Shown here: positions 1 to 12,844 of the stretch, one piece after another
Position numbering within the stretch: the first letter of the stretch is position 1
Layout of the letters: each line of letters begins with the position of its first letter
Assembly: GCF_964204645.1 (NCBI RefSeq)
Contig: NC_134033.1
Coordinates: forward strand, 3,740,131 to 3,804,130
Length of the DNA stretch: 64,000 nucleotides
Reading direction: 5' to 3'
From: Tubulanus polymorphus
Lineage: Eukaryota; Animalia; Nemertea
Made by a program: the position numbers and the translations under genes
Notes under the pieces: generated by a model
What the model was told of the DNA's origin: nothing
What the model saw: the letters and a program-made list of their open reading frames with translations, nothing else
The model's database searches: none

Positions 1-149
1 CACAAAATTTCAGTAAATTGTGTTAAATTTCTGAGAATTGATTTTCTTCTCGCTATTAACAAAAAACCTATGAAGGCTTTAATGATGGCTTTATACCGAA
101 TAATTTCCAATACAAGAGACACCAGTTCCATCACTCCTAGACAGTTCCC

Positions 150-858
150 TCAGGCAGTCAGTGCATTCTAAAACAGTCCGTGCACTCTCAGACAGTCAGT
201 ACACTCTAAAACAGTCCGTGCACTCTCAGACAGTCAGTACACTCTAAAACAGTCCGTGCACTCTCAGACAGTCGGTACACTCGCAGACAGTCAGTACACT
301 CTCAGACAGTCAGTACACTCTCAAACAGTCAGCACACTCTCAGACAGTCAGTACACTCTCAGACAGTCAGTACACTCTCAAACAGTCAGCACACTCTCAG
401 ACAGTCAGTGCACTCTCAGACAGTCAGTACACTCTCAGACAGTCGGTACACTCTCAGACAGTCGGTACACTCTCAGACAGTCGGTACACTCTCAGACAGT
501 CAGGACACACTCAGACAGTCAGTACGCTCTCAGACAGTCAGTACACTCTCAGACAGTCAGGACACTCTCAGACAGTCAGTACACTCTCAGACAGTCAGGA
601 CACTCTCAGACAGTCCGTGCACTCTCAGACAGTCCGTACACTCGCAGACAGTCAGTACACTCTCAGACAGTCAGTGCACACTCAGACAGTCAGTACATAC
701 TCAGACAGTCAGCACACTCTCAGGCAGTCAGTACACTCTCAGGCAGTCGGTGCACTCTCAGACAGTCAGTACACTCTCAGACAGTCAGCACACTCTCAGA
801 CAGTCAGTACACTCTCAGGCAGTCAGTACACTCTCCGACAGTCAGTACACTCTCAGAC
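150..858. repeat. 19-bp minisatellite (CAGTCAGTACACTCTCAGA)n
   Basis: The tandem unit is directly visible. Three overlapping + ORFs show the same 19-aa periodicity, as expected from a stop-free 19-bp repeat. Confidence 0.95.
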
Positions 859-2249
859 ATAGTCGGGATATTTTCACTTGATCTACATGATATCATGAAT
901 TCTACTCATACGCAAATCGGCCGAACTTATAACAGTCACATCGTTCTAATGTCCATCGCGAACAGATCTGGAAGCTTCCGAACCGTTTCACTGGTCGTTC
1001 TGCCGAATGTGTGCCAATTCGGAGCGTTCGGAAATTCGGCTACTAACCTGATAATGATACCCCAATGAGGACCCCACACCCTTCCCCTGTTAGGGCTTTT
1101 TTCAGTCGACCAGAACCCCCACCGATATTTCTCTCGCAGCCCTTGTAGGTCTATTGCAAAATCGTCTGCCCTTTTCAAATGAATGGTTCGAATCGGTGAC
1201 AAATGTACAAATGAATCTACCCGTTTCAATCTCCAGGTCCACCCGGCCCCTGGTGTGATGAAACACAAACCAACTGGTTTCATTTAGAGTAGGTCTACTA
1301 AATACTGTCAGCTAATCGCTTATTATACCACAACAGTAAACTATGTATTAAGATATAAAGATATGAATGCAAACCCTAAATTCGGATATGATATCTGGTA
1401 ACTTTGAGTGGCAATAGTAATACATGTAGGCCTATAATGCACGTGTATGTCTCAAATTGTTTGTTTGAACATATTGTATCTAAATCATGTAACGAATTAT
1501 TTTGTATCGAACGAATGTTGCACATTATCATAATTCTCAATCAATTTATATATAATTAGTGTGTAAACATCACCGTATTATATAGATCATTAATGATCCG
1601 GTTTTCTGTGAGAAAAATTTCTTTCGTTTTGGTTTCACTCTATTTTGCATCAAAGGAATTCTCTCGCACCTGGGACGACCGTTATGTCGATGGCTGATAT
1701 ATTTGGACTAATACAGTGATAACTCGAGTAATGCGATGACTTCCTTACCATGATCCAAACGAAATTGAAAAATCTTTAATTTTAAACTGCATTTTATAAA
1801 AGTAAAGTTCTAAAATTTTTTTTCTAAAAGAAATTACGAAATCATCTAAGCTCAGCTTAGATGACGTCATTATTAGCCAATCAGATATCCCGGTTTATTT
1901 TAGCCCGGGTTTTTCCCATTTATAGTTTATCCGTGAAATATGCCACTTTGCGATTTTACAACGGGCAATCTGATTGGCGCGGAAAGTTTTCGTGCAGCAA
2001 ACCTGCGCACCGTGGCGTGGTTCGTGCCGTGGCTGAGGAGCTTCCGTAACTTTAATCTCGAATCATTTATTGAGCAATTAAGAACGGCTATTGACGTTGC
2101 TTCATAAGGCACCACTACCTCTCTAGTCAACTCAAAAGCCCGATACGCTTTGTTAATAGTAACACAAATAGGGATTGACCCTGTTTTCTATTTGATTGGT
2201 AGATTTTGTTTGATGTCTTGATTTGGTGTCCCTTACAAACCACACACCT

Positions 2250-2410
2250 GGGCCACCTTCGGTTTTCTGAGTTAGTCGACTATAGTCAAACTAAACGAAA
2301 CCGAATGTCCGATAGTCGGAACTATATTCCGGAAATAGTTCGAAAATCAAGCGCATTCGGTTATTAGTTCCGACCGCTAGTCGACTAGATGCGAAAACCG
2401 AATTTGGCCC
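2250..2410. mobile_element. Harbinger/Tourist-like MITE (GGGCC...GGCCC termini, CTG flanks)
   Basis: Terminal inverted repeats gggccaccttcggttttc / gaaaaccgaatttggccc. A partial inverted homologue lies at ~12557-12675. Confidence 0.6.
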
Positions 2411-2727
2411 CTGCTGCGAGCGAGAGGAGGTTTGATTTCGAAATCTTACTTCACTATTAACCAATCAGCCGCGCTGATCCGGTCTAGTCTAGTGCAGGGT
2501 TTCGTACGGTGGCGAGTCTCAAAGCCATCAGGTTCGAATCCCTGATAAACAGGAGGATGTACTCGCGGACGCTTGCTGAAATACCTAGATATACCATATT
2601 TCACACGGGAAATCCACACACGCAACAAATATTCAACCATAACTTTTTAATTCGAATCTGAATGAAAACGTTTACAAAAATATTTCAAACTCTTTCACGA
2701 GTTACCTCACACGTGTCTTCACACGTG

Positions 2728-5700
2728 TCACTCACACGAAGATCTCTTCGATTTTTTATGATGTTTATGAGAGGATTTTTTCTTTTTATGTTTTTTATGC
2801 TTCGAACGCGATTTTCGTCGCTCTTCACTCTCCTCCGGCTCCTGTGGCTGCTCTTCCTCCTCCTCGGAGCAAGGCGACCGAGGCCGTTTCGATGTCTCCT
2901 CCGCGGGCGGCTCCGACCGGACGATATCTCGGTCCGACGCGCGTTCCGGAGACGGAGTATCCGACCGAACGATGATCGGAGGAGTTTTACAAACGCTGAG
3001 TTCGAATCCGTTTTCATCGGGATCGGGAATTTCTAATCCAGCGCTCTGATCTGGAGCGGTTATCGACCCACTCTGATGATCTGGAGGGGTAGTCGATCCA
3101 CTCCGATCTGAAGCGGTTATCGACCCAGTCTGATGATCTGGAGGGGTAGTCGATCCACTCCGATCTGAAGCGGTTATCGACCCAGTCTGATGATCTGGAG
3201 GGGTAGTCGATCCACTTCGATCTGGAGCGGTTATCGACCCACTCTGATGATCTGGAGGGGTAGTCGACCCACTCCGATCTGGAGCGGTTATAGACCCACT
3301 CTGATGATCTGGAGGGGAAGTCGATCCACTCCGATCTGGAGCGGTTATCGACGCACCCTGATGATCTGGAGGGGTAGCCGACCCACTCCAATCAGGAGGG
3401 GTAATTGATCCAATCTGAATGTCAAACTCCGACGATTTCGCACGTTGCGGAGCGGTGTTTAATCCATTCTCTTCGGCGGACGATTTCAATCCATTTTCCT
3501 TTCGATCCCAATTAGTTTTCGATCCAGTTTCAACCGAACGAGTTTCTGAACTGCGCGAGGTTTGTACGCGAGAGTTTTTCGACGACGCAGACGGACTCTC
3601 GTCGCATTTTTTCGACCGACGATCTGGCGAGCATTCTCTCGTCGTCGTCGTCGTCGATCGTTTCGTCGACGGACTTCTCGACCGCGATCTACGCCTCGAT
3701 CGCCTCGAGGGTGATCGCGAACGACGTCTGCTAGATGAGCAAGATGGTGATCGTCTGCTCGGTGACCGAGACCGTCTGCTCCGAGACGGAGAGCGTCTGC
3801 TCGGTGATGGAGACCGTCTGCTCCGATACGGAGACCGTCTGCTCGGTGATGGAGACCGTCTGCTCCGAGACGGAGAGCGTCTGCTCGGTGATGGAGACCG
3901 TCTGCTCCGAGACGGAGACCGTCTGCTCGGTGATGGAGATCGTCTGCTCCGAGACGGAGAGCGTCTGTTCGGTGATGGAGATCGTCTGCTCCTAATAGGA
4001 CTCCGTTTCCTGCGCGACGGTGACCGACTCCTCGACCGCCGCGACGACCGATAACTCGACCGTTCTCGCGACCTCGACCGCGAACGGCGGCTGCTGCGAT
4101 AATATGATCGGTCGCTGTTGTAACCCGACGGTCGAGTTCTGTCCGTTAGTCTGAATTCGTCGGTGGGATCGCGAAACACGTGCAGGAAATTGCAGTTCTT
4201 TCCTTTCGGACACTTTTTTCGGAAGTACAACCCTAAAACAAATGCATCAACCAATTGATATGGGGTCTATTTAAACTTTTGAGGACTACTTAAAGTTTCA
4301 GAATTTTCTCAATTACAGTTAAACTCAAGACCAAGTAGAGCAGTTGTGGCTTATGGCCGAAAGTAGTCTTCAATCTTTAGACTGGTCTTAAGTTGTTAGA
4401 TAAGCTATAGAACCAAAATGAGCTTAGACTGGTCTTAAGTTGTTAGATTGGTTATAGAACCATAATGAGCTTAAACTATTCTTTGGCTAAAGAATTAAGA
4501 TGGTCTTTTAGACTGGTATTAAGTTTTAAGCCATGACTGTGTAACTAGCCTCGAGTACCAGTCAAAGCTTGATAAATCCAAGACCAGTCTAGTTCTACAG
4601 CCATTCTAAAAACTCATGACCACTCTCGACATTCAAGAGACCATTTTTGGACTGAAGTTACGAAAGCGTGTCCAGATTTTAATTCCAATTCGATGGTATT
4701 GGCATTTTTTAAAGATCTTTTTCTCATTTTAATCGTGATGGCTTGGAAACTGGTTGAATAGATCATAATTTTAAAAACTTTTGAAAAACTTCTTTTTTTT
4801 CGTCTCGAACACGTACCACAAATAGCAGATCTCCAGTTACTGACAGGTGACAGTTGACAGCTAATCTGACGTCCTCCGTACCAACGTCCGTTGAACATCG
4901 CGAACACTTTCATCGTTTCCAGTTGACTGAAAAAAAAATGAAATTCGCAACGTTCGGATTTGATCATTCGACAGCGGAAAATCAATTCCTCGTAACTTTT
5001 AACAGAGCCGTGTTAACCAGGTTTCAAATCAATAAAACATAAATACTGATACATGTATTACTTAAGAGTTACTTAGATTAACCCTTTCATTGCTGACTAG
5101 TTATTACCTAAAATGCTGGAAAAACTTTGAAATTTTTTTAGAAATTCCACCTCAGTGTATTGTACGACGGACATTTCCAATTGCTAGTGGTCAGACATTA
5201 GACATTTTATCAGCACACTTTCAAAAACTGATCGTCCACACTTCACATGTGTTCAGTGCTTCGCCTGAGACATTTTCAATTGAAAATGAACTGCAAACAC
5301 CAGACTTAAACATTTTGTCAGCGCACTTTCAAAAACTGATCGTCCACACTTCACATGTTCAGTGCTTCACCTGAGACATTTATAATTGAAAACGAACTAC
5401 AAACATCAGGCATTAGACATTTTATCAGCACACTTTCAAAAACTGATCGTCCACACTTCACATGTGTTCAGTGCTTCGCCTGAGACATTTTCAATTGAAA
5501 ATGAACTACAAACACCAGACATTAGACATTTTATCAGCACACTTTCAAAAACTGATCGTCCACACTTCACATGTGTTCAGTGCTTCACCTGAGACATTTT
5601 CAATTGAAAATGAACTACTAACATTAGACATTTTATCAGCACACTTTCAAAAGCTGATCGTCCACACTTCACACAGCTACAGTGGAAGGGGTTCCGGACT

Positions 5701-8700
5701 GCAAGATTTGTCAAAAACCTGTGATATTTGGCTCGGTTTTTCCGAAAAAGTTTTTAATTACATGTACTTACTTGGACATCTGTATGTAAACGTTTCCTCG
5801 TAGATGTGACTCGTAATTACGACACACTTTAAACTGTAATATTCGACCGTGTTTACGAATTTCGGGCAAAACGTCGTTATAGAAATCGACGAAGTGTTTA
5901 TAGGTGTCGCTGTCTTCATATTCTAAGTCAATATCTGAAAATTTTATGATAGAATTTTACGTTAAAATTACTTTAAGAGTTTACAATTTACATCTAAGCA
6001 ACTGGAGAAATAAATCCCAAAATTAAACCCACATGACTGTAGGAATGGGTTCAGTCAAATTAAACCTACACAACTGTGGAACTGGATCCAGAGTCAAATT
6101 ACACCCACACAACTGTGTAACTGGATCCAGAGTCAAATCAAAACCACACAACTGTGCAACAGGGTTTAAGACTACTGTGGAACTGGGTCCTGAGTCAAAT
6201 TAAACCACACAATGTGGAACTGGATCCAGAGTCAAATTAAACCAACACAACTGTGGAACTGGTTCCAGAGTCAAATTAAACCAACACAACTGTGGAACTG
6301 GATCCAGAGTCAAATCAAACCAACACAACTGTGGAACTGGATCCAGAGTCAAATTAAACCCACACAACTGTGTAACTGGATCCAGAGTCAAATTAAAACC
6401 ATACAACTGTGGAACAGGGTTTAAGACTACTGTTCAACTGGGTCCCAAGTCAAATTAAAACCACACGACTGTAGAACTGGATCCAGAGTCAAATTAAACC
6501 AACACAACTGTGCAACTGGATTCGCAGTCAAATTAAACCCACACAACTGCAGAGTCCGATTGCCCGGGTTAAGGTTATCATTATCACTTGTCCACCGGGC
6601 TGGTATATTTTCATGTCTCAAAGCTTTTTTACCGGTACCAATCGATACAATGGATGAACTGCCTGTGTAGGGCAAGTTGACATTATTCCTTAGATCGGAC
6701 CCTGCAACTGTTGAACTGGATTTAGCACGTACCTGTATCATATTCATCTCGTAATGCTTGATCGAGACTGAAGTGCGAATACATGTTCGGGAACAGAATC
6801 GTGCAGCTGTCTTCAGGCGTGATGTGGGCTCGAGAACAACTGTAAGAAATAATCAATTACAACATTCCATAATCCGAATATCAGCCGAGGTGTCGGTCAG
6901 GGGATAGTAGCTTAAAATTCGGTTAAAAGCTAAACAGTGGATTGTTGCCAGGTTCATAGTGTCAATGACCAATCTATTTTAATGACTTTCAAGGACTTTT
7001 TTTACTCCGATTACACAAGTTATATCTACATACTTAAGCCAGGAATCCTGAAATCCATTTTCCAAGCATTCTTATAATCAGTTGATTTTAAGCGCCGTTA
7101 CAGTGAACTTGTACCTTCGTTCTGCAGATGATAACCAACGACCGATGCCATACAAGGACCATGACAGTGTTTTAAGCTTTTTAGAGCCAATTCCATGATA
7201 ACCAAGGCTTCGAATAGACCCGTTCCCATTTCAAAACTTTTAAGAAACTCCGATGAATGCCATGAACCCTGTGTACTATTTAGAGTCCATCGTTTCTTTG
7301 TAACTCTAAATCTTTCTGGCTTTATTTTCCCTGTCAACTTACTGATTGCGAAACCGACACGCTCCCGTTTTCATGAAGAACGGACACTGAACGATGTCTT
7401 TGTCGTAGGTGACCGGCGCTAATGGGTTGTGCCAACTTCCCGTCGATGAACCGTCATCTTGAACATCCTCCTGACAAAACAGTATTTAGATTGTGGTTGA
7501 AAAAATGGAATTGGAATCGTCAAAAGTTCAGAGAGTGGAGTGGAGTCTACTGTACCATCCAACTCAGATATCACTCTCAGGTCAAAAGATCCGACTTGAG
7601 CGGAAGTCTACTGTATCATCCAACTCAGATATCACGCGCAAGTCAAAAGATCAGATTTGAGCGGAGATTTTTAGCTTTTTTACAAAATTCTCTAACTATT
7701 CCCTGACTTTCTTTAAAGAAAAGAGATTTCTTGGACTTTTCCCTGATGGTAGTGGCCACCCTCAGTCCATGTGACTGTAGAAATGAATAGGTATCAAATT
7801 GATCTAATTTTTCTTACCGGTTTTGCATTTTTAGTCGCTTCTCGCAGCAAAGCCTCCTGTATATAGTAAATACACAACACATCTGATCAAAAAACAATTC
7901 TAACCAAAGAGAAAATCATCAGTTAAGTCAAACAAAAACAACCATTTCAAAACGAAACCTGAAATGGGCGAGGGGAATTTTACAGAATGGAACTTGAGCT
8001 AGTCAATGGGATTCCGGCTATGCCACCAGATGGCGACAGTAACAGACAGTTGCCAAAATTGGCCCAATTTCAATCAACTTTGGATTATCAAATGCCAAAG
8101 AGAAAAGTTAATTCGATTTTAATCAAAATGTAGATATGAAGGTGCAGAAGACTAACTACTAGCGACACCTGGTGGATCCTCACTTGCCACAAGCAGAATC
8201 CTATATAGCTGCAGTAGTTAATGTCCTACTGCACACTAGCGACACCTGGTGGATCCTCACTTGCCGCAAGTGGAATCCTCTATTGCTGCAGTAGTTAATG
8301 TCCTACTGCACACTAGTGACATCTGGTGGATCCACATATAGAATCCTCGATTGCCGAAGTAGCATTGCCCGTACCGCATTCTAGCGTCAATTTCGACTTT
8401 TGACAAAAATCACTTAAATTAGCAATTAAATAGTTGAATCGAGCCAAAGTTAAAATTACTCAAAATAACACTACAAACAAATCACTGGTAAATTTTGATT
8501 TTTCTTCATTATTATAAAAGATACAGTTTCGACACCAGTCCCCTGTGTGCGTGTGTGCCAGTGTACTCGCACACCTGTGAGAGTGCTGGGTCGGGCCGAG
8601 TTCACCCGAATAATGTGAAAAAATGTTAAGGAATTCGAATTCATTTCATTCAACTGCGCTATCATCCGGGATCCAGCCCCAGTGTTGTGAGTAAGAGTTA

Positions 8701-11700
8701 ACTCCCAGTTAAAATCAGTTCATTTTCAATGCGTCAAATCTTGCATCGAATCCGAAATGTGATCCAGGAACCAGTTCCAGTCACTCAAGATTAAAGAAGC
8801 ATCGTGAAATGAACTTATTCTGGCTCTAATTCGAGTCAAACCGAACCCACAACTGCGGACCCGTTATCCCACTTGGATCATCCTCCCCGCGCCAGGGATT
8901 TGAACCTGAAATGGCATCGAGACTGGCCACGGTACGAAAGCCGGCCACACTAGACCTAGCGCGCAGCTACGCGCGCAGCTTAGATGACGTCATTATTAGC
9001 CAATCAGAAATGTTCAGTTTTGTTCTACTCTCACCCGGGTTTTCCATTTGTACTTTAGCAGTTAAATTCGCCTCAGCGATTATACGAGCAATCCGATCGG
9101 CGCCGCAAGTTTGCGCGCGACAAAGCTGCGCACGTACCTGCGCACTCGGTCTAGTGTGGCAGGGGTTCGTGCCGTGGCTGAGTGAAGCGATGCCATCAGG
9201 TTCGAGTCCCTGCCGAGGGAGGTCGACTTTGACCCAGCAGTTATTCTGATAAACCGGATCAAGCACGTGACATAACGTATTCTATTTTCATTATATAATG
9301 GATATCTTCTGCGTTCGACGGCGAGTCTCGTTGTCGTCACCTGTTTTTCTTTCAGCTCTTTCTCTTCGCGTTCTTCGCGTAGTTTCTCCTCTCGTTCGAG
9401 TTGCTGCTGTTTTTCCCATTCCTCTTTGATTCGTCGCTTTGAAAAGAGAGCGAGAGAGAGAAAATGATAACTATTTGACAACAAGCTTTAAACCCTTTCA
9501 GTGCGTCTACACCACAGTGCGGTGTATAAATCGGTGATAGATTTTGCTAGTACACCGCACTGCGGTGTATTGAGATGTAATTAGTAATTATCTCTATTGA
9601 AAAATGGCAGCAACTGTCAAACATGGTGAAATACTAGTAACTAACGATACACTGCGCCGTGGTGTAGACGCACTGCAGTGGTATTCCCGTTATCCAACAC
9701 ACTAGGGTGGAATTTTTTAAAATTTTCAAATTACATCCAGCACTATAGGTTTTAATTAGTCAGCACTGAAAGGGTTAAATACGCGTGCGATCGTGGCTTC
9801 AATACCGAGCTTTTCAGAGCTTGCGGCGCGGAAAAAGTAGAATTGTTTTCTTTTTAGCGAATCGCGCTCGAGATAGACATCGTAAAGCCTACTGCTCATG
9901 ACACAGGAAAACACAGAAATAGGAGACAGAAACTTCTTTCCGAGCATTTACGAAACAAGCGATATGGTTTCGATGTAAACGTTTCCGCGATCAAATCAGA
10001 ATTTAGAAAAGCAGCGCCGAGAAGACTCGCTACAAAGCAGGGCCGAGTTTCACAAAAAGGTTAAACTCTTAACCCGATTCAATTTCTTTGTTTTAAAAAT
10101 TCAGTTTATCTTAAATTGATTTAGGCGTAAATCCTTTTCGTGAAACTGGCCCCAGGGGTCCAACTAGTGAATTTTGCTTGCTGCAAACTGGGGGCCTAAG
10201 TAACTAACCGCGCGCCCTGCGTGGCGGAACTTACTTCTTGTTCTTCGCGGTTTTTCCGTTCGATTTCGTCGCGTTCTTTCTTGCGTTTCCACTCGATATG
10301 CGCCAGTTTCTCGCGTAGCATCCACTGTTCGTTCTCGAATTTACTGTAAAAAAACGCAACGAATCTCGGGAATTAAGAACAATCGAAATCTAATCATTCC
10401 GGCATAGGCAATTTTCCGATTCATCTATTTTCCATTTCGTCAATGGCAGTAAGAGGCTTTTTCTCATTTATTGATCTTTTTTTTCTCTTTTTGGCAGAAA
10501 ATTGAAAAATAATAATAATAATAATAATTATTATTATTATTATTACTATTATTGTTATAATCATTATCATTATTATCATTATCATTAATCCTTTTTTTCA
10601 AGGGGCCTGAACGTCCTAGTGTTTGTACAGCCTTTAAGGCTCTGATCAGGACCCTATCATCACTCCTACTACGTTCGTTGTGCATTTCATTTGTGATTAT
10701 GTTAAATTGATGATGAAATAAATTACATTACACTACATCTAATCCGCGAAAACTCTACGAAACGACGAGGGACGAAAAGTGAATCTTATTCGGCGTTCGT
10801 TTGATAAAACTTGCCGAATCATGGGTTAGATTTATGACTATCTAAGTTCCGTAGCCAATCGAACGACTAAGGGCCACAGACCTAAACATTTTTAAAACAT
10901 TTTTGGACTTCGGTCATGACAGAGCGCAACCGGGAGTCTAAAAATCAGGTTCAAAGTAAAACTGACAGGCAGCCATGTCATCTGAGTGCTGGCGTAGTTA
11001 GTTACCAGAGGCCAGTTGCTCAAAAGTTGGTTAAAGATAACCGGCCGTTAAATACCATAGTAACAATGAAATTCTAATTGTCACCATATCAACTATCCAC
11101 TGGTTAACTCTAACAAACTTTTGAGCAACCGGCCCCAAATCGTTGGTGGTAAGCTTTTATAATCGGACAGATTTATACTTATTGTGTTTTAAGAAAACTT
11201 CCGATTGTGAAACAAAACTGCAGACAGATTACCGATTTTCGCTGGTGGTGTAGCTATATAAAATATACCTGATTTGATCTTGTTTGAAAGCCTCGTCTTT
11301 TTGTTGTCGTTCAAGCCGCGCCTCGTAATATTGAACGCTGGGCTCGTTTTCCATTTTGGCGTCTGCGAGAAAAACCAACCACCATAAAACGGAGTAAATA
11401 TTAACTGAAATTTATAGATCCTGGACAAGAACAATGTTTAACGCTTAAATTGATTTTTTTTTGTTCAGTTTATCTTGAATTATTCGAATTAGGACTTCTG
11501 GACCCAAGATCCAGTTCCGTACAAAATGAATGTTTTAAGCGCTGATCAATTTTTACCCAAAGATGCTTATGAGTATGATTTGAAAATTTTTGGAAAATTT
11601 CATCCCCTGTGCGTTATCACTATACTGCGTCTACCCCAGAGTGCGATGTATATCAATATACCGCCCGGCAGTGCGGAGTATAATGGCATATCACTATAGT

Positions 11701-12407
11701 GCCTCTACACAACAGTGCCGTGTAGTATAATGAGTATACTGCGTTTACCCCACAGTGCAGTGTATAACAAGTATATTGCATCTCATCCCGCAGTGCGATG
11801 TATTGTAAAATACTAGTATTTGACAAGTGCTGCCATCTATAACAGAGATTTTAACTATTAGAAATGATACACTGCGGTGCCATGTATTAGCAGTCTCTCT
11901 TCTTGTAGGCCCCTACACTGCGCTGAAGGGGTTAAACCCAAATTTTCAAACTTAACCGTTTTAAACTTTTTTTTATTGAACTGAACATAGCACCAACTGT
12001 GGTGGGCCTATGATTTATAATTAAGATGTCGATTTCAAGGATATTCACCCAACGCGTCTCTTATTTTCGCCTCTCGCTGCCGGCGTATTCGGCGTTTTTC
12101 TCTTTTCAACAAAGCCCTCCATTTCTTGTGGCTGAAATTAAGACATAAGTGAGGGGAGGGGTTTAGAGGAAAGTACGATAAAGTAGCCATGCGTGGATGT
12201 AACTCAGAGAGCATCAATCATTCTTCATTCAGAACGAATAAAGATTGAGTATCTTATTGACATTTTATTGTCCTGAAAATTCAATAATTACCTGAGTTTT
12301 TGAGTTGTTTTTAGATTCACCGCAAGTTTTTCGATGAATTTTCCGCCTCTGATATTATTCCTGTCACCCGGCTCGTCATGCCCGTGTTGTATCGCGTTAT
12401 CTGTCAT
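2728..12407 (-). CDS. ZRSR2: U2AF35-related splicing factor (ZRSR2/URP), 11 coding exons
   Basis: In-frame GT-AG exons: 12407-12292, 12131-12049, 11362-11269, 10343-10235, 9436-9341, 7856-7818, 7470-7343, 6839-6733, 5934-5772, 4926-4817, 4232-2728. Motifs: SHKKWRALLKREKRR, an E/K/R coiled coil, CCCH finger CPFFMKTGACRFRNHCSRAH, UHM/RRM (QFKVCRNYESHLRGNVYIQ; FNGRWYGGRQISC), a second finger CGLYFRKKCPKGKNCNFLH, and an RS tail. This matches ZRSR2 architecture. Confidence 0.95.
5082..5692. repeat. ~109-bp tandem satellite inside a piggyBac-like MITE end (ZRSR2 intron)
   Basis: Starts TTAA-CCCTTTCA, followed by ~4.5 units of ...ttagacattttatcagcacactttcaaaaactgatcgtccacacttcacatgtg... The same unit occurs at 37603-38160. 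Confidence 0.8.
6050..6550. repeat. 39-bp minisatellite (cacaactgtggaactggatccagagtcaaattaaaccca)n
   Basis: Tandem units are visible and the ORFs show a 13-aa period. The same family occurs at 49400-49860. Confidence 0.9.
8878..9222. mobile_element. ~340-bp MITE (GCATCC-TIR family)
   Basis: Homologous to 31770-32103 and 53554-53890, with partial copies at ~1850-2040 and ~2455-2545. Inverted ends cagggat(t)tgaacc / ggttcgagtccctg. Confidence 0.75.
9493..9774. mobile_element. piggyBac-like non-autonomous element (~290 bp)
   Basis: CCCTTTCAGTGC...GCACTGAAAGGG termini followed by TTAA. Homologous to 38455-38741 and 41504-41795. Confidence 0.8.
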
Positions 12408-12844
12408 TATTTACCGCATTTTCGATCGCAAAATAAATTTCTATGATCAATTCAATTCAATGCGCTTCCGACCCGAAATGTACAATGTCGACGGAAAGAA
12501 GGCTCAAACAAAATCAACGCAAATATTCTATATTGAAGCTAAAAGGTCGATTGCAAGGGCCAAATTCGGTTTTCGTATCTAGACGGCTGTTGGTCAGTAC
12601 TGATAACCGAATGCGCTTGATTTTCAGACTATTTGCGGAATATAGTTCCGACTAATGGACATTCGGTTTCGTTTTGAATGGGACAGGCAACAAGTCTATA
12701 AAATGAAGTTGAAATATATCCTTCTTACCGAATTTCTCATTCCTCAAGGTCGTCGAGCAGTTCCACTCCAAAAGCGGCCGATTCTTGCATCATCGGCCTT
12801 TTAATCGCTACGGGACGGGCCGAATTTAGTTTTTAATCGCCAGA
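12408..12844. promoter_or_regulatory. Putative bidirectional promoter of ZRSR2 and CDC123
   Basis: The divergent start codons are only 437 bp apart. TSS positions cannot be determined from sequence. Confidence 0.65.

Noticed and set aside
150-1068. Long repetitive ORFs (270, 157 and 81 aa), or a CRISPR-like array
   Set aside because: A stop-free 19-bp tandem repeat open in all three frames, with no unique spacers and no cas genes in a eukaryotic context.
3419-4054. 211-aa + ORF (DGDRLL repeats) and other short overlapping ORFs
   Set aside because: Antisense or alternative-frame shadows of the repetitive ZRSR2 last exon.
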